Of a DNA stretch of 64,000 nucleotides, positions 38,447 through 49,057 are shown piece by piece. Numbering within the stretch: the stretch's first letter is position 1; every line of letters starts with the position of its first letter. The DNA is from Bacilli bacterium. GTDB lineage: Bacteria > Bacillota_I > Bacilli_A > RFN20 > CAG-826. A program made the translations under genes and the position numbers. The stretch spans positions 106,826 through 170,825 of the forward strand of contig JAZQOV010000002.1 of assembly GCA_045628045.1 (NCBI GenBank). The letters run 5' to 3'. Under the pieces are notes generated by a model, which saw nothing but the letters and a program-made list of their open reading frames with translations, was not told the DNA's origin and ran no database searches.

Positions 38447-39541
38447 ATGAAAATTAATGTAACAAGATCATCAATGCCTTCTTATGAAGAGTATTGCAAA
38501 GAAATTAAAGATATTTGGGAAACTCATTGGCTAACAAATAGAGGACCAAAGCACAATTTATTAGAAGAAAAGCTTTCCGATTATTTAGAGGTTAAAAAAA
38601 CAACTTTATTTGCTAATGGGCATTTAGCTTTAGAAACTGCTATTGCAAGCTTCGGCTTTGAAAAAGGAAGCGAGGTTATTACAACCCCATTTACTTTTGT
38701 TTCTACCACAAACTCAATTGTTAGAAACGGCTTAATCCCAATTTTTTGTGATATTAACAAAGAAGATTACACAATTGATGTAAACAAAATTGAAGAACTA
38801 ATTACTGATAAAACAGTTGCTATTTGTGCAGTTCATGTGTACGGCAACATTTGCGATGTTGAAGCCATTGAAAAAATTGCTAAAAAGCACAATTTAAAAG
38901 TCATTTATGATGCCGCTCACGCATTTGGCGTTGAATATAAAGGCAAAGGAATTTGTAATTGGGGCGATGCTTCAATGCTTTCTTTCCATGCAACAAAAGT
39001 TTTTAACACAATTGAAGGCGGTGCTATTGCTTATAATAATGATTTGCTTGAAGACAAATATAATATAATGAAAAATTTTGGGCTTTCATCCGAAGAAGAA
39101 TGTGCTTATTGTGGCGGAAATGCCAAGATGAATGAATTTCAAGCATCGATGGGTCTTTGCAATTTAAGGCATATTGATGAATATATTTCTCAAAGAGAAA
39201 AAGCTTATAAACAATATGTAAAACGTTTAAGTGGTGTTAAGGGAATTAAACTTTGCGTTCCTCAAAAGGATGTTATGATGAATTATGCTTATTTCCCGGT
39301 TTTATTCGATGGATTCAAACTTTCTCGCGATGAAGTAAAAGCCAAATTAGCTGAACACGATATTGCTGCACGAAAGTACTTTTATCCATGCACTAATGAT
39401 TTTGAATGTTACAAAAATAGGCAAAATAACCCAACTCCAATAGCTAAAGAAATTTCTAAAAAGATACTTTGTCTTCCAATGTATCATGAATTAACTGAAA
39501 GTGATATTGATAAGATTTGTGATATTATTTTAGGAGAGTAA
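38447..39541 (+). CDS. vioA: DegT-family aminotransferase, VioA-like (dTDP-4-amino-4,6-dideoxyglucose)
   Basis: IW..HWLTN.GP, TTPFTF, YDAAHAFG, SFHATKVFNTIEGG, NAKMNEFQA, RKYFYP. Confidence 0.8.
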   Translation: MKINVTRSSMPSYEEYCKEIKDIWETHWLTNRGPKHNLLEEKLSDYLEVKKTTLFANGHLALETAIASFGFEKGSEVITTPFTFVSTTNSIVRNGLIPIFCDINKEDYTIDVNKIEELITDKTVAICAVHVYGNICDVEAIEKIAKKHNLKVIYDAAHAFGVEYKGKGICNWGDASMLSFHATKVFNTIEGGAIAYNNDLLEDKYNIMKNFGLSSEEECAYCGGNAKMNEFQASMGLCNLRHIDEYISQREKAYKQYVKRLSGVKGIKLCVPQKDVMMNYAYFPVLFDGFKLSRDEVKAKLAEHDIAARKYFYPCTNDFECYKNRQNNPTPIAKEISKKILCLPMYHELTESDIDKICDIILGE

Positions 39542-39544
39542 TTT

Positions 39545-40570
39545 ATGGAAAAGAAAATTTTAATTACCGGATCTTGCGGATTTATTGGGTCCCAAATGGT
39601 TAGACTTCTTTTAGAAGAAAGACCAGAATGGAAAATTATTGGGGTTGATGCTTTAACATATGCTGCAAATCCATCAACCATGAAAGAGGATTTGGAAAAT
39701 CCTAATTTTAAATTTTACAAAGAAGATATCAGAAATAGAGATGGTATTTTTAAAATTTTTGAGGAAGAAAAACCTGATATTGTAATAAATTTTGCAGCTG
39801 AATCACATGTTGATAGAAGTATTGAAAATCCAGGCATTTTCCTTGAGACAAATATTCTTGGAACTCAAGTTATGATGGATGCTTGTAGAAAATATGGAGT
39901 TGAAAGATATCATCAAGTTGGAACTGACGAAGTTTATGGTGATTTACCACTTGATAGACCAGATTTATTTTTTCACGAGGACACTCCAATACATACATCT
40001 AGTCCATATTCGACTTCAAAGGCTTCAGCTGATTTATTAGCTCTAGCTTATCACAGAACTTATGGACTTCCTGTTACCGTTTCGAGATGTTCGAATAACT
40101 ATGGTCCATATCAATTCCCAGAAAAGCTCATTCCTTTAATGATAAATAACGCTTCTCATGACGTTCCTCTTCCTGTTTATGGAGAAGGTTTAAACGTACG
40201 CGATTGGTTATATGTTAAAGATCATTGTTATGGAATCCTTGCAGTCATCGAAAAAGGAAAAATTGGTGAAGTCTATAATTTGGGTGGTCACAACGAAAAA
40301 ACTAACATAGATATTGTCAAAATAATTCTTAAAGAATTAGGTAAACCAGAATCACTAATAACTCACGTTGCAGATCGCAAAGGTCATGATAGAAGATATG
40401 CTATTGATCCTGCTAAAGCAATGAGAGATCTTGGATGGAAACCAACTACAATGTTTAAAGATGGTATTAAGCTTACAATTGATTGGTATAAAAAGAATCA
40501 ATGGTGGCTTGATGAATGCACGTCTGGTGAGTATTTGAAATATTACGAAAAAATGTATAAGGATAGATAG
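39545..40570 (+). CDS. rmlB: dTDP-glucose 4,6-dehydratase
   Basis: FAAESHVDRSI, TDEVYG, SSPYSTSKA, SNNYGPYQFPEKLIP, DRKGHDRRYA. Confidence 0.95.
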   Translation: MEKKILITGSCGFIGSQMVRLLLEERPEWKIIGVDALTYAANPSTMKEDLENPNFKFYKEDIRNRDGIFKIFEEEKPDIVINFAAESHVDRSIENPGIFLETNILGTQVMMDACRKYGVERYHQVGTDEVYGDLPLDRPDLFFHEDTPIHTSSPYSTSKASADLLALAYHRTYGLPVTVSRCSNNYGPYQFPEKLIPLMINNASHDVPLPVYGEGLNVRDWLYVKDHCYGILAVIEKGKIGEVYNLGGHNEKTNIDIVKIILKELGKPESLITHVADRKGHDRRYAIDPAKAMRDLGWKPTTMFKDGIKLTIDWYKKNQWWLDECTSGEYLKYYEKMYKDR

Positions 40571-40573
40571 AGT

Positions 40574-41668
40574 ATGAATTTAACTTTTACAAACGAAGAA
40601 AAAGAAATGATTAATCAAGCTAAATGCATAATCAATGAGAAGAAACAGATTTATAATTCAAAAATTGTTGATGAAATTAAACAAAGTTTAGCCCACCATT
40701 TTAATAATGCATCAAAATCTGAATTAGAAGATCATTTTTACAAAAGTATATATAACTATTGGGCATATGGTTGTTCGGTGGATGAATATTTTTACTTAAA
40801 CTTTTATAAACTATTGCATTCAGAAAAAGTAAAGTATATTACACACAAGAAAAGACTAAATTTAATCTATCAAGTTAACGACTTTAATAAAAGATATATT
40901 TGTGATGACAAGTATGAAACATACAAAATTTATGAACCATTTTATCTGAGGGAAATGATTTCTATTTCAGGGAAGGAAGATTTTGAAAAATTTCAATCTT
41001 TTGCACAAAAACACAAAGAATTTGTTGTAAAACAGAATAATTCTTGTTGCGCAATTGGTGTTTTTAAAGTCTCCGTTAAAGATGATAAAGATATTGAAAA
41101 AGTTTTTAAAGAACTAATAACCGATAAAGATTTATTGAACAAGGGTAATATCATTATTGAAGAACTGATTATTCAGGATAATTCCATTGGCGTATTTCAT
41201 CCGACATCAATCAATGGAATTAGAGTTACCACAATGCGAAAAAAACACAAAGTACGCATTATTCATCCATGGATAAAAATAGGCGCTAATGGTACATTTG
41301 TTGCCTCTGCTGTAATGGGCGGTGTTGATGTTGGCATAAATGCTCGAAATGGCAAGATAATCACAAATGGCTTTGGAGAATTGGGAGAAGAATATACTGA
41401 ACATCCAAATTCAAAAGTAAAATTTTTAGGTTATAAAATACCTCATTGGAGCGAATTGAGGAAGCTTTCTAGAAAATTAGCTTTAATTATGCCAACTGGC
41501 ATTAATTATATCGGATGGGATTTTGTGTTAACGCCAAAAGGATGGTGTGTAATGGAAGCTAACTTTTCGGGAGATTCGATGTGGCAACTTTTTCTTAAAA
41601 AGCCATGTTTGAACGAATTTGAGCGTCAATTAGGATGTAAAGTTAATAAACAATTTTGGTGGGAATAA
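40574..41668 (+). CDS. Sugar-transfer-associated ATP-grasp protein
   Basis: DDKY..Y, FVVK, IIEELIIQ, FHPTSINGIR, IPHW, YIGWD, MEAN. Confidence 0.75.
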   Translation: MNLTFTNEEKEMINQAKCIINEKKQIYNSKIVDEIKQSLAHHFNNASKSELEDHFYKSIYNYWAYGCSVDEYFYLNFYKLLHSEKVKYITHKKRLNLIYQVNDFNKRYICDDKYETYKIYEPFYLREMISISGKEDFEKFQSFAQKHKEFVVKQNNSCCAIGVFKVSVKDDKDIEKVFKELITDKDLLNKGNIIIEELIIQDNSIGVFHPTSINGIRVTTMRKKHKVRIIHPWIKIGANGTFVASAVMGGVDVGINARNGKIITNGFGELGEEYTEHPNSKVKFLGYKIPHWSELRKLSRKLALIMPTGINYIGWDFVLTPKGWCVMEANFSGDSMWQLFLKKPCLNEFERQLGCKVNKQFWWE

Positions 41669-43074
41669 TGAAGAAAAAACTTAATTTTTTTGATTTACTT
41701 GTTGTAGCATTTGGAGCCATGATAGGTTGGGGCTGGGTTGTTTCATCCGGATCATGGATTCAAAGTGGTGGAGTTTTAGGAACCGTAATAGGCTTTTTGA
41801 TTGCAGGTTTTATGATTTTTCTTGTTGGTTTAGTTTATTCTGAACTAACAACAGCGATTCCGGTGACTGGCGGAGAACGTGTCTTTTCATTAAGGGCTTT
41901 TGGCCCAACAGGTTCATTTATTTGTACATGGGCATTAATTTTGTCTTATATTGGAGTAGTTTGTTACGAAGCCGTTTCTTTGCCAACGATTCTTCAGTAT
42001 ATTTTTCCATCTATTGGCAATAATGTCATATATACTATTGCAGGATTTGACATTTCTTTGCCGTGGCTTTCAATTTCTATTTCATTTTCAATTTTAGTTG
42101 GGCTTGTTAATATTTTCGGAATTAAAAAAGCTGCCTTTTTGCAAAAAATTTTAACAATACTAATAGCATTAATTGGTCTAATTCTAATTATTTCTTCATT
42201 TTTTACTGGAAGTTTCTCAAACATTTCTAGCCAGTTATTTGTGGGCGAAAAGACTGGAGAAAATATATCTGGTATATTGAAAATAACTGTAGTTGCCCCT
42301 TTCTTTCTTTTTGGCTTTGATGTTATTCCTCAAACAAGTGGTGAAATGAACGTTCCACTTAGAAAAATTGGAATCGTTATGTTATCTTCAATTATTTTGG
42401 CAGTGTTGTTTTATTCTGGCGTAACTCTTGCAATTGGTAGAATTTTCAATTCTGGAGAAATAGCTTCAAGTCTTTCTGGATCTGGGCTAGTAACTGCTGA
42501 TGCTATGGCTAAATCATTAAATAGTCAAAAGGCTTCAATAATCTTAATTTTTGGAGGTCTTTGTGGAATATTAACATCATGGAATTCATTTTTGATTGGC
42601 GGTAGCAGAGCTATTTATTCTATGAGTGATGCAAATCTTATACCAGGTCGTTTTTCTGCAGTTCATAAAAAATATGATTCACCTTATCTTTCAATAATTT
42701 TTGTTACTGTAATTTCAATTGTTTCTGCATTTTTTGGTAAAACAATGTTAACTTGGATAGTAAATTCTGCAACCTTTTCGTGTTCCATTGCTTACCTAAT
42801 TGTTGTTATTTCATTCATGATTTTAAGAAAAAAAGAACCGAATTTAGAGCGACCTTTTAAAATTAAACACCCATTATTGGTTGGAATTTTAGCTGCGATT
42901 ATGTGTTTGCTAATTATTTCGCTCTATATTATTCCTAATACTGGAGCATCATTATGTTGGCAGGAATGGATTATAGTGGGAATTTGGGGCTTACTTGGTC
43001 TTTTATTCTACTTTATTTCTCGTTTTAAGAAAAAAGAAAAGTTCGGATATTCACCAACAGATATCATAAAATAG
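41668..43074 (+). CDS. APC-family amino acid permease
   Basis: FGAMIGWGW, YSEL..AIP.TGG, F.GFDVIPQ, SRAIYSM, RKKEPNLERPFK. Confidence 0.9.
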   Translation: MKKKLNFFDLLVVAFGAMIGWGWVVSSGSWIQSGGVLGTVIGFLIAGFMIFLVGLVYSELTTAIPVTGGERVFSLRAFGPTGSFICTWALILSYIGVVCYEAVSLPTILQYIFPSIGNNVIYTIAGFDISLPWLSISISFSILVGLVNIFGIKKAAFLQKILTILIALIGLILIISSFFTGSFSNISSQLFVGEKTGENISGILKITVVAPFFLFGFDVIPQTSGEMNVPLRKIGIVMLSSIILAVLFYSGVTLAIGRIFNSGEIASSLSGSGLVTADAMAKSLNSQKASIILIFGGLCGILTSWNSFLIGGSRAIYSMSDANLIPGRFSAVHKKYDSPYLSIIFVTVISIVSAFFGKTMLTWIVNSATFSCSIAYLIVVISFMILRKKEPNLERPFKIKHPLLVGILAAIMCLLIISLYIIPNTGASLCWQEWIIVGIWGLLGLLFYFISRFKKKEKFGYSPTDIIK

Positions 43075-43162
43075 TTTTATTTAAAATAAACGTTACTACA
43101 TTATAATTGCAAAGTGGTAGCGTTTTTTATATTATATAAAAGTAACAAGGGAGGGGATAATT

Positions 43163-44023
43163 ATGAAAGGAATAATATTGGCTGGTGGTAAAGGAACAAG
43201 ACTTTATCCAATGACAAAAGCAGTTTCAAAACAATTACTTCCTATTTATGATAAACCGTTAATTTATTATCCTTTATCTATTTTGATGCTTGCATCAATT
43301 AGAGAAGTTTTAATTATTTCCACTCCTTATGATATTGAAGACTATAAGACCCTTTTAGGAGATGGTTCTAAAATTGGCATGCACTTTGAGTACGCAATAC
43401 AAGAACAGCCAAAAGGTTTAGCAGAAGCGTTCATTATTGGCGAAAAATTTATCGGAAAAGATTCAGTATGTTTGATTCTTGGAGATAATGTTTTCTATGG
43501 GCCAAATATGACCAGATTATTAAGGAATGCTATTGAAGAAAACGAAGGAGCAACAATTTTCGGTTATCCAGTAAAAGACGCAAGATCATTCGGTGTTGTT
43601 GAATTTGATAAAGATCACAATGTTGTTTCGCTAGAAGAAAAGCCAGAACATCCAAAATCAAATTATGCAATTCCTGGTTTATATTTTTACAATAATGATG
43701 TTGTTGAAATTGCTAAAAACGTTAAGCCATCTGCTCGTGGAGAAATTGAAATTACTTCTATTAACAATGAGTATTTAAGAAGAAAACAACTAAAAGTTAA
43801 GACTTTTGAACGTGGTTTTGCATGGCTTGATACTGGCACGCCTGAAGGAATGCTTAAAGCTTCAAGTTTTGTTCAAACTGTTCAAGATAGACAAGGAATG
43901 TATGTTTCTTGTATTGAAGAAATTGCATGGAGACGAGGATTTATTTTAATTGATCAATTACAAAGGTTAGGCAACGAATTAAAAACAACTGAATACGGTC
44001 AGTATTTATTATCACTTAAGTAA
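43163..44023 (+). CDS. rmlA: Glucose-1-phosphate thymidylyltransferase
   Basis: [45 protein letters not shown]. Confidence 0.97.
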   Translation: MKGIILAGGKGTRLYPMTKAVSKQLLPIYDKPLIYYPLSILMLASIREVLIISTPYDIEDYKTLLGDGSKIGMHFEYAIQEQPKGLAEAFIIGEKFIGKDSVCLILGDNVFYGPNMTRLLRNAIEENEGATIFGYPVKDARSFGVVEFDKDHNVVSLEEKPEHPKSNYAIPGLYFYNNDVVEIAKNVKPSARGEIEITSINNEYLRRKQLKVKTFERGFAWLDTGTPEGMLKASSFVQTVQDRQGMYVSCIEEIAWRRGFILIDQLQRLGNELKTTEYGQYLLSLK

Positions 44024-44026
44024 ACT

Positions 44027-45520
44027 ATGGAAGAGAACGAAAAGAAGAAAGAAGACAATCAACCAGCGAATATAACTGGTAAAAAAGTTGTTTCCAATAT
44101 GATTTGGAGATTTTTAGAGCGTTTTGGTGCTTATATTGTTTCTTTCATTGTTTCTTTAGTCTTAGCAAGGATTTTTGCCGATAATCGCGGAGTGTATGGT
44201 TCTATAGCTGTTGTAACTGCTATCACTGCAATTCTACAAGTTTTTGTTGATTCTGGTTTAGGCAATGCGTTAATACAAAAAAAGGAAACCGATAACATTG
44301 ATTTTTCAAGCGTGTTTTGGTTCAACATTGTTGCATGTTTAGTGTTATATACAGCACTTTTCTTTTTTGCACCGCTTATTTCTAAGGGATATAAAGGCGA
44401 AGATTTGACCTGGGTAATTAGAATCTTGGGCTTAACAGTTGTTGTTTCTGGTATTAAAAATGTTCTACAAGCTTACGTGTCACGTAACTTAATGTTTAAA
44501 AAATTCTTTTTTGCAACTTTAGGTGGGACTATTGCCGCCGCAGTTGTTGGAATTGTCATGGCCTTAAAAGGTTTTGGGGTTTGGGCATTAGTAGCTCAGC
44601 ACTTAGTAAACCTAACAATAGATACATTAATTATTTGGTTAACTGTAAGATGGAAACCTCAGTTTGTTTTTTCTTTTGAAAGGTTCAAAATTCTTTTCAA
44701 ATATGGATATAAACTTTTACTATCGGCATTGCTTGATACCGGTTATAAAGAACTACGCACATTTATTATTGGTTTCAGATATTCCGATCTTGATTTAGCA
44801 GATTACAATCGTGGAAAACAGTTCCCTGAGGTTGTTGTTAACAATGTTAATACAGCTATTGATTCAGTTTTACTTCCAACAATGTCTAAGGTACAAAATA
44901 ACAAGGAAAAAGTTAGAGAAATGACAAGAAAATCGATAAAAGTTTCCACTTACATAATGATGCCAATGATGGTTGGATTAGCAGTTTGCGCAAAACCTAT
45001 AGTTTCATTGATATTAACTGATGCCTGGTTAGATTGCGTCCCATATCTGCAAATTTTCTGTGTTACATTTGCTTTTTATCCAATTCATACTGCAAATCTT
45101 AATGCAATCAAAGCAATGGGGAGAAGCGACTTATTCTTACTTTTGGAAGTGATTAAGAAAGCTTTGGGGATTGGAGCAATTGTAGCTGCTATGTTTTTTG
45201 GGCCTTTATGGCTTGCAATTGTTGGAATACCTCTTTCTATTTGCTCTCAAATTATTAATTCTTTCCCAAACAGAAAGTTATTAAATTATAAATATGAAAG
45301 ACAAATTTTAGATATGCTTCCGCAGATGCTTTTAGCAATATTTATGGGCGGTTGTGTCTTTGCTTTTGGGTTAATTCCAATGAATAGAATTTTTTCATTA
45401 GTGTGTCAAATTCTGTTAGGGGTTGGTATTTATTTAGCGGGATCAGTGATTTTTAAATTTGATTCTTTTAAATATTTATCTAGCGTATTAAAAACATTAT
45501 TTTCAAAGAAAGCTGAGTAA
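44027..45520 (+). CDS. wzx: Polysaccharide flippase (Wzx)
   Basis: W...ERF....VSF.VS.VLAR, DSGLGNALIQ, G.GVWALV; many TM segments. Confidence 0.9.
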   Translation: MEENEKKKEDNQPANITGKKVVSNMIWRFLERFGAYIVSFIVSLVLARIFADNRGVYGSIAVVTAITAILQVFVDSGLGNALIQKKETDNIDFSSVFWFNIVACLVLYTALFFFAPLISKGYKGEDLTWVIRILGLTVVVSGIKNVLQAYVSRNLMFKKFFFATLGGTIAAAVVGIVMALKGFGVWALVAQHLVNLTIDTLIIWLTVRWKPQFVFSFERFKILFKYGYKLLLSALLDTGYKELRTFIIGFRYSDLDLADYNRGKQFPEVVVNNVNTAIDSVLLPTMSKVQNNKEKVREMTRKSIKVSTYIMMPMMVGLAVCAKPIVSLILTDAWLDCVPYLQIFCVTFAFYPIHTANLNAIKAMGRSDLFLLLEVIKKALGIGAIVAAMFFGPLWLAIVGIPLSICSQIINSFPNRKLLNYKYERQILDMLPQMLLAIFMGGCVFAFGLIPMNRIFSLVCQILLGVGIYLAGSVIFKFDSFKYLSSVLKTLFSKKAE

Positions 45521-45522
45521 AT

Positions 45523-47733
45523 ATGAAGAGTAAAGTTGTTAATAAACATTCAGACACTAAAATCAATGTATATCCTGTTGCTCAGGCTTTCAAAAAGAAA
45601 AATCCAGTGACAGTATCAATAATTTGTACAGCGTATAATCATGAAAAAACTATTACGAAATGCATTGAAAGTTTTTTAATGCAAGAAGTAAATTTTAATG
45701 TTGAGATTGTGATTCACGACGATGCTTCAACAGATAGGACCGCATCTATAATTCATGATTTTGAAAGAAAATATCCTAATGTAATTAAAGCTTTCTATGA
45801 AACAGAAAATCAATATCAAAAGCATGACGGAACAATAACTAGAATTCAACGTTCAATGGCATTAGGAAAATATATTGCTTTTTGCGAAGGTGATGACTAT
45901 TGGACAGATAAAAGCAAATTATTTAAACAAGTATCGTTTTTAGAAAACAATTCAGAATATAGCTGTTGTACACATAATTCATATTTGGTTTTGAATGATA
46001 CGCGAAGCCTATATTGCGATATTGAAAATGAGTGTGATATTGATCTAAAAGATATTATTGAATGGAAATTAGGAAAAATTCCACACTATAATTCAATTCT
46101 TTGTAAAAGAGAAGTTTTTATTGAAAATGCAAAAATTTCAAGAGGATTTGCAAAATTAACTGGTGATAGGGCAAGACTTTTAGATTCAATGGCTAATGGT
46201 AAGGTTCACTATTTTCCAGAAGTCATGTCGGTTTATGTGATGAATAGTTCACCTGATTCTTTTACAAATAGGCGTGAAAAAGACATCACTTATCAAGCTA
46301 ATATTATGAAAAATACAAGCGAAATTTTATCTGGTGCTAAGCAATTTTTTGGAATAGAGTTTCATCCAGTTTTTGACAACGAAATTAGAAAAGCGAATAC
46401 TTTGTATTATTTTTATAGTGGCGATTATAGGGGAATTTTACTAGACCGTAAACAAACAAATTTTAAAGCTCTTAATCTTAAGCAAAAAATTATTTCATTG
46501 CTTGGATTTATTTTCCCAAAAATTATGTTCAATGGCATCAGAAGTGCCAAACTAAATAAATCGAATTTATCGAAAAAGAATAAAATTTTAAGCCTTATAT
46601 TGGTGTCTTTTGCTATCTTATTTTGTGTACCAATCTCTGTTTTTTCTGTTAAAGCAAACGGCGTGAAAAATAATTCTAATATCTACTCTTTTTTACGCTG
46701 TATCGAAGATAATAATCCATCGAATTATGTTATCAGAGCTTCTTTTAGTAACGAAGAAGAATTTAATGATGTGATGAAAAAAATTAAATCAACCATTATC
46801 GGTGAAATTGATCCTGATTTTTTATGGATGGGAAATGCAACTGCTTGTGTTACAATTGACCCTTCAGAATTTTCTATAGAATCTATTTCATTGGTGGATA
46901 AGGAAATGATTACAGGAGTTAATATAAATCATTTTTCTTCAGCCCAAACATATTACAATACAACAAACGGAGAAATTTTAGGGCCAAAGCTCAAAGTAAA
47001 ATACGACATTAGTAAAGGCGGGTGGCTTCAAGCTGGTTATGTGTACATTCCTGAAACCATTGCCGATTTATTAACTGAAAAATACGATATTGATGAATAT
47101 AGTCTTTTGGGAAAAGAATTAACTATTAATGGTCACAATGAGACATATACTTATAAAATAAAAAATATTTATAGAAACAAATCACTAACTGATCCTATTC
47201 CTTTGTTTTATTCAACATATTTTGAAAATGGTATCATTTTTTCCGATACAACTACCGAATCAGATTTATATAGAAAACACAAACCTGTTTTATGTTTTAA
47301 CTCAAAAGCCGATCAAAGAAATCTTGATGATATGATTTATTACTTAAAAAATAAAGAAGTGTCCAATATCTCTATTGAATACTATGATTCTGAAAATGGG
47401 TGGACTTATTCTAACTATACTGATTTTTTTAATTCATCTGAAAACAATGCAAATATTTATGATAGATTAGTTTTGATTTTTACAATTGGTGGAATAATAT
47501 GTTTTGTGGTCTTTGTCGAAATACTATTTAAACACAAGTATTTTTATAATCGTGCAGCGGTTTTGTACTTATTTGTGGGATTTATTTTTCTATTATTTAT
47601 ATCAATACTTTATACTTTCTTGTTTAACTTAATAAATTTACTCAATATTTTCAGTGTGTATTTGTCAGCTTATTTATCGTTGACATTTTTCTACTTGTTC
47701 TTTAGGTGTATTATTGGCGGAAGAAACAAATAA
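45523..47733 (+). CDS. GT2 glycosyltransferase with a long C-terminal membrane-anchored extension
   Basis: AYNHE, HDDASTD, GKYIAFCEGDDYW; TM near aa 355, ~270-aa soluble region, C-terminal TM segments. Confidence 0.8.
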   Translation: MKSKVVNKHSDTKINVYPVAQAFKKKNPVTVSIICTAYNHEKTITKCIESFLMQEVNFNVEIVIHDDASTDRTASIIHDFERKYPNVIKAFYETENQYQKHDGTITRIQRSMALGKYIAFCEGDDYWTDKSKLFKQVSFLENNSEYSCCTHNSYLVLNDTRSLYCDIENECDIDLKDIIEWKLGKIPHYNSILCKREVFIENAKISRGFAKLTGDRARLLDSMANGKVHYFPEVMSVYVMNSSPDSFTNRREKDITYQANIMKNTSEILSGAKQFFGIEFHPVFDNEIRKANTLYYFYSGDYRGILLDRKQTNFKALNLKQKIISLLGFIFPKIMFNGIRSAKLNKSNLSKKNKILSLILVSFAILFCVPISVFSVKANGVKNNSNIYSFLRCIEDNNPSNYVIRASFSNEEEFNDVMKKIKSTIIGEIDPDFLWMGNATACVTIDPSEFSIESISLVDKEMITGVNINHFSSAQTYYNTTNGEILGPKLKVKYDISKGGWLQAGYVYIPETIADLLTEKYDIDEYSLLGKELTINGHNETYTYKIKNIYRNKSLTDPIPLFYSTYFENGIIFSDTTTESDLYRKHKPVLCFNSKADQRNLDDMIYYLKNKEVSNISIEYYDSENGWTYSNYTDFFNSSENNANIYDRLVLIFTIGGIICFVVFVEILFKHKYFYNRAAVLYLFVGFIFLLFISILYTFLFNLINLLNIFSVYLSAYLSLTFFYLFFRCIIGGRNK

Positions 47734-47735
47734 AT

Positions 47736-49046
47736 ATGAAAAGATTTCTCAATTTTTTTAAACTGGATGAACGTAAACTCGACATTTTATTGTTCATTCT
47801 TTATGGAGCTTATATATTTACTAATAATTATTTTTATCGTTCTGGATTTTCAAAAATTCCTAATGGGTTGTTAGTTATAGTTTTGCTTGTTGCTATATTT
47901 AAAACATTTTATTGCAAAATACATTATATTAATGTATGCAGTGTATTTTTTGGTATTCTTGCAATTTTTGTTTTGATATCAAATCTAATTCAAGGAATAT
48001 TTTCATATGATTTTATTCTTTTGTTTGCTGTCTGTTATACAGCTTTTATACTATTTTGTAAGAAAAAGACTGACTATATTATTCCGTTTATGGCGTTAAA
48101 TATAATCCCTAAATTTTTAGCCATGAGCCTTATATGTTTGCATTATTTCCGTACTGGGATGTTGTTCACATCCAAATTTGGCGCTGATAACTTTTTTATG
48201 AACAGAGATGCCCTTGGCTATTTAGGTGGATCTACAATTGGCTATTGCTTATGCTATTTTTTCTGTGTTAAAAAGGAAAATTTTAAAAATAAACCAATTT
48301 TATATATTCTTCTCACTTCTATTGCAATTGTCACAATTCCACTTGGTGCATTTGTGGCGTTAAGAACGGAGAGACTTGGTTCAATTATTTCTGTCTTTAT
48401 TTTCTTATTTGTACTTGTTATTTATACCTTAATTAAAAAAAGAAAATTTGTGTTATTGAGTATATTTGCAGTTGCTACTTTAGCAATTTTTGGATTTATA
48501 ATTTTTGGTCCAATTGAAAATATTTCTGTTTTAAATAGGATTCGTCTTTCAATAATGCAAATTGTTTACCCTCATCATTATTATGACAATTCGGTAAAAG
48601 AACGCTTTTACTTGCTAATTAGAGATTTTAAATATATGTTCCAAGGCCCTATTTTTGGTTTGGGATATAACTCATATTATAACTTTAATGTAATGACCGG
48701 ACACAACGGGTTTGGTTCCGCGTCAAATCATTATGGTATGTTTTATATTGTTTTATTGATTTTGATGTATTGTTTTATCGTTAAGAAAATTCATGAAAGT
48801 ACAGAAAAAAGAAAAGTGGTGGCCTTATTTTTAATTTTTAGTATTTTGTTTTCAATGTTTTATGCAATGCCATTTACATCAAGAGGCACCTTCTTTAGCT
48901 TAGGTTATCTAATGGGCTGCTATTTAGATGAATATTCAACTGCACGAATTGTTTTTAAGAAAAGAATTAGGCGAAGAAGAAAATTCGCGTTTGAAATCTC
49001 TCAACCAGAGATGAAGATTAAAAAATATAGTGAAGTTAATATTTAG
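47736..49046 (+). CDS. Putative polysaccharide polymerase (Wzy / O-antigen ligase-like)
   Basis: Multi-TM; S.KER, PIFGLG, GHN motifs. Confidence 0.65.
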   Translation: MKRFLNFFKLDERKLDILLFILYGAYIFTNNYFYRSGFSKIPNGLLVIVLLVAIFKTFYCKIHYINVCSVFFGILAIFVLISNLIQGIFSYDFILLFAVCYTAFILFCKKKTDYIIPFMALNIIPKFLAMSLICLHYFRTGMLFTSKFGADNFFMNRDALGYLGGSTIGYCLCYFFCVKKENFKNKPILYILLTSIAIVTIPLGAFVALRTERLGSIISVFIFLFVLVIYTLIKKRKFVLLSIFAVATLAIFGFIIFGPIENISVLNRIRLSIMQIVYPHHYYDNSVKERFYLLIRDFKYMFQGPIFGLGYNSYYNFNVMTGHNGFGSASNHYGMFYIVLLILMYCFIVKKIHESTEKRKVVALFLIFSILFSMFYAMPFTSRGTFFSLGYLMGCYLDEYSTARIVFKKRIRRRRKFAFEISQPEMKIKKYSEVNI

Positions 49047-49057
49047 AGGATTGTTTT

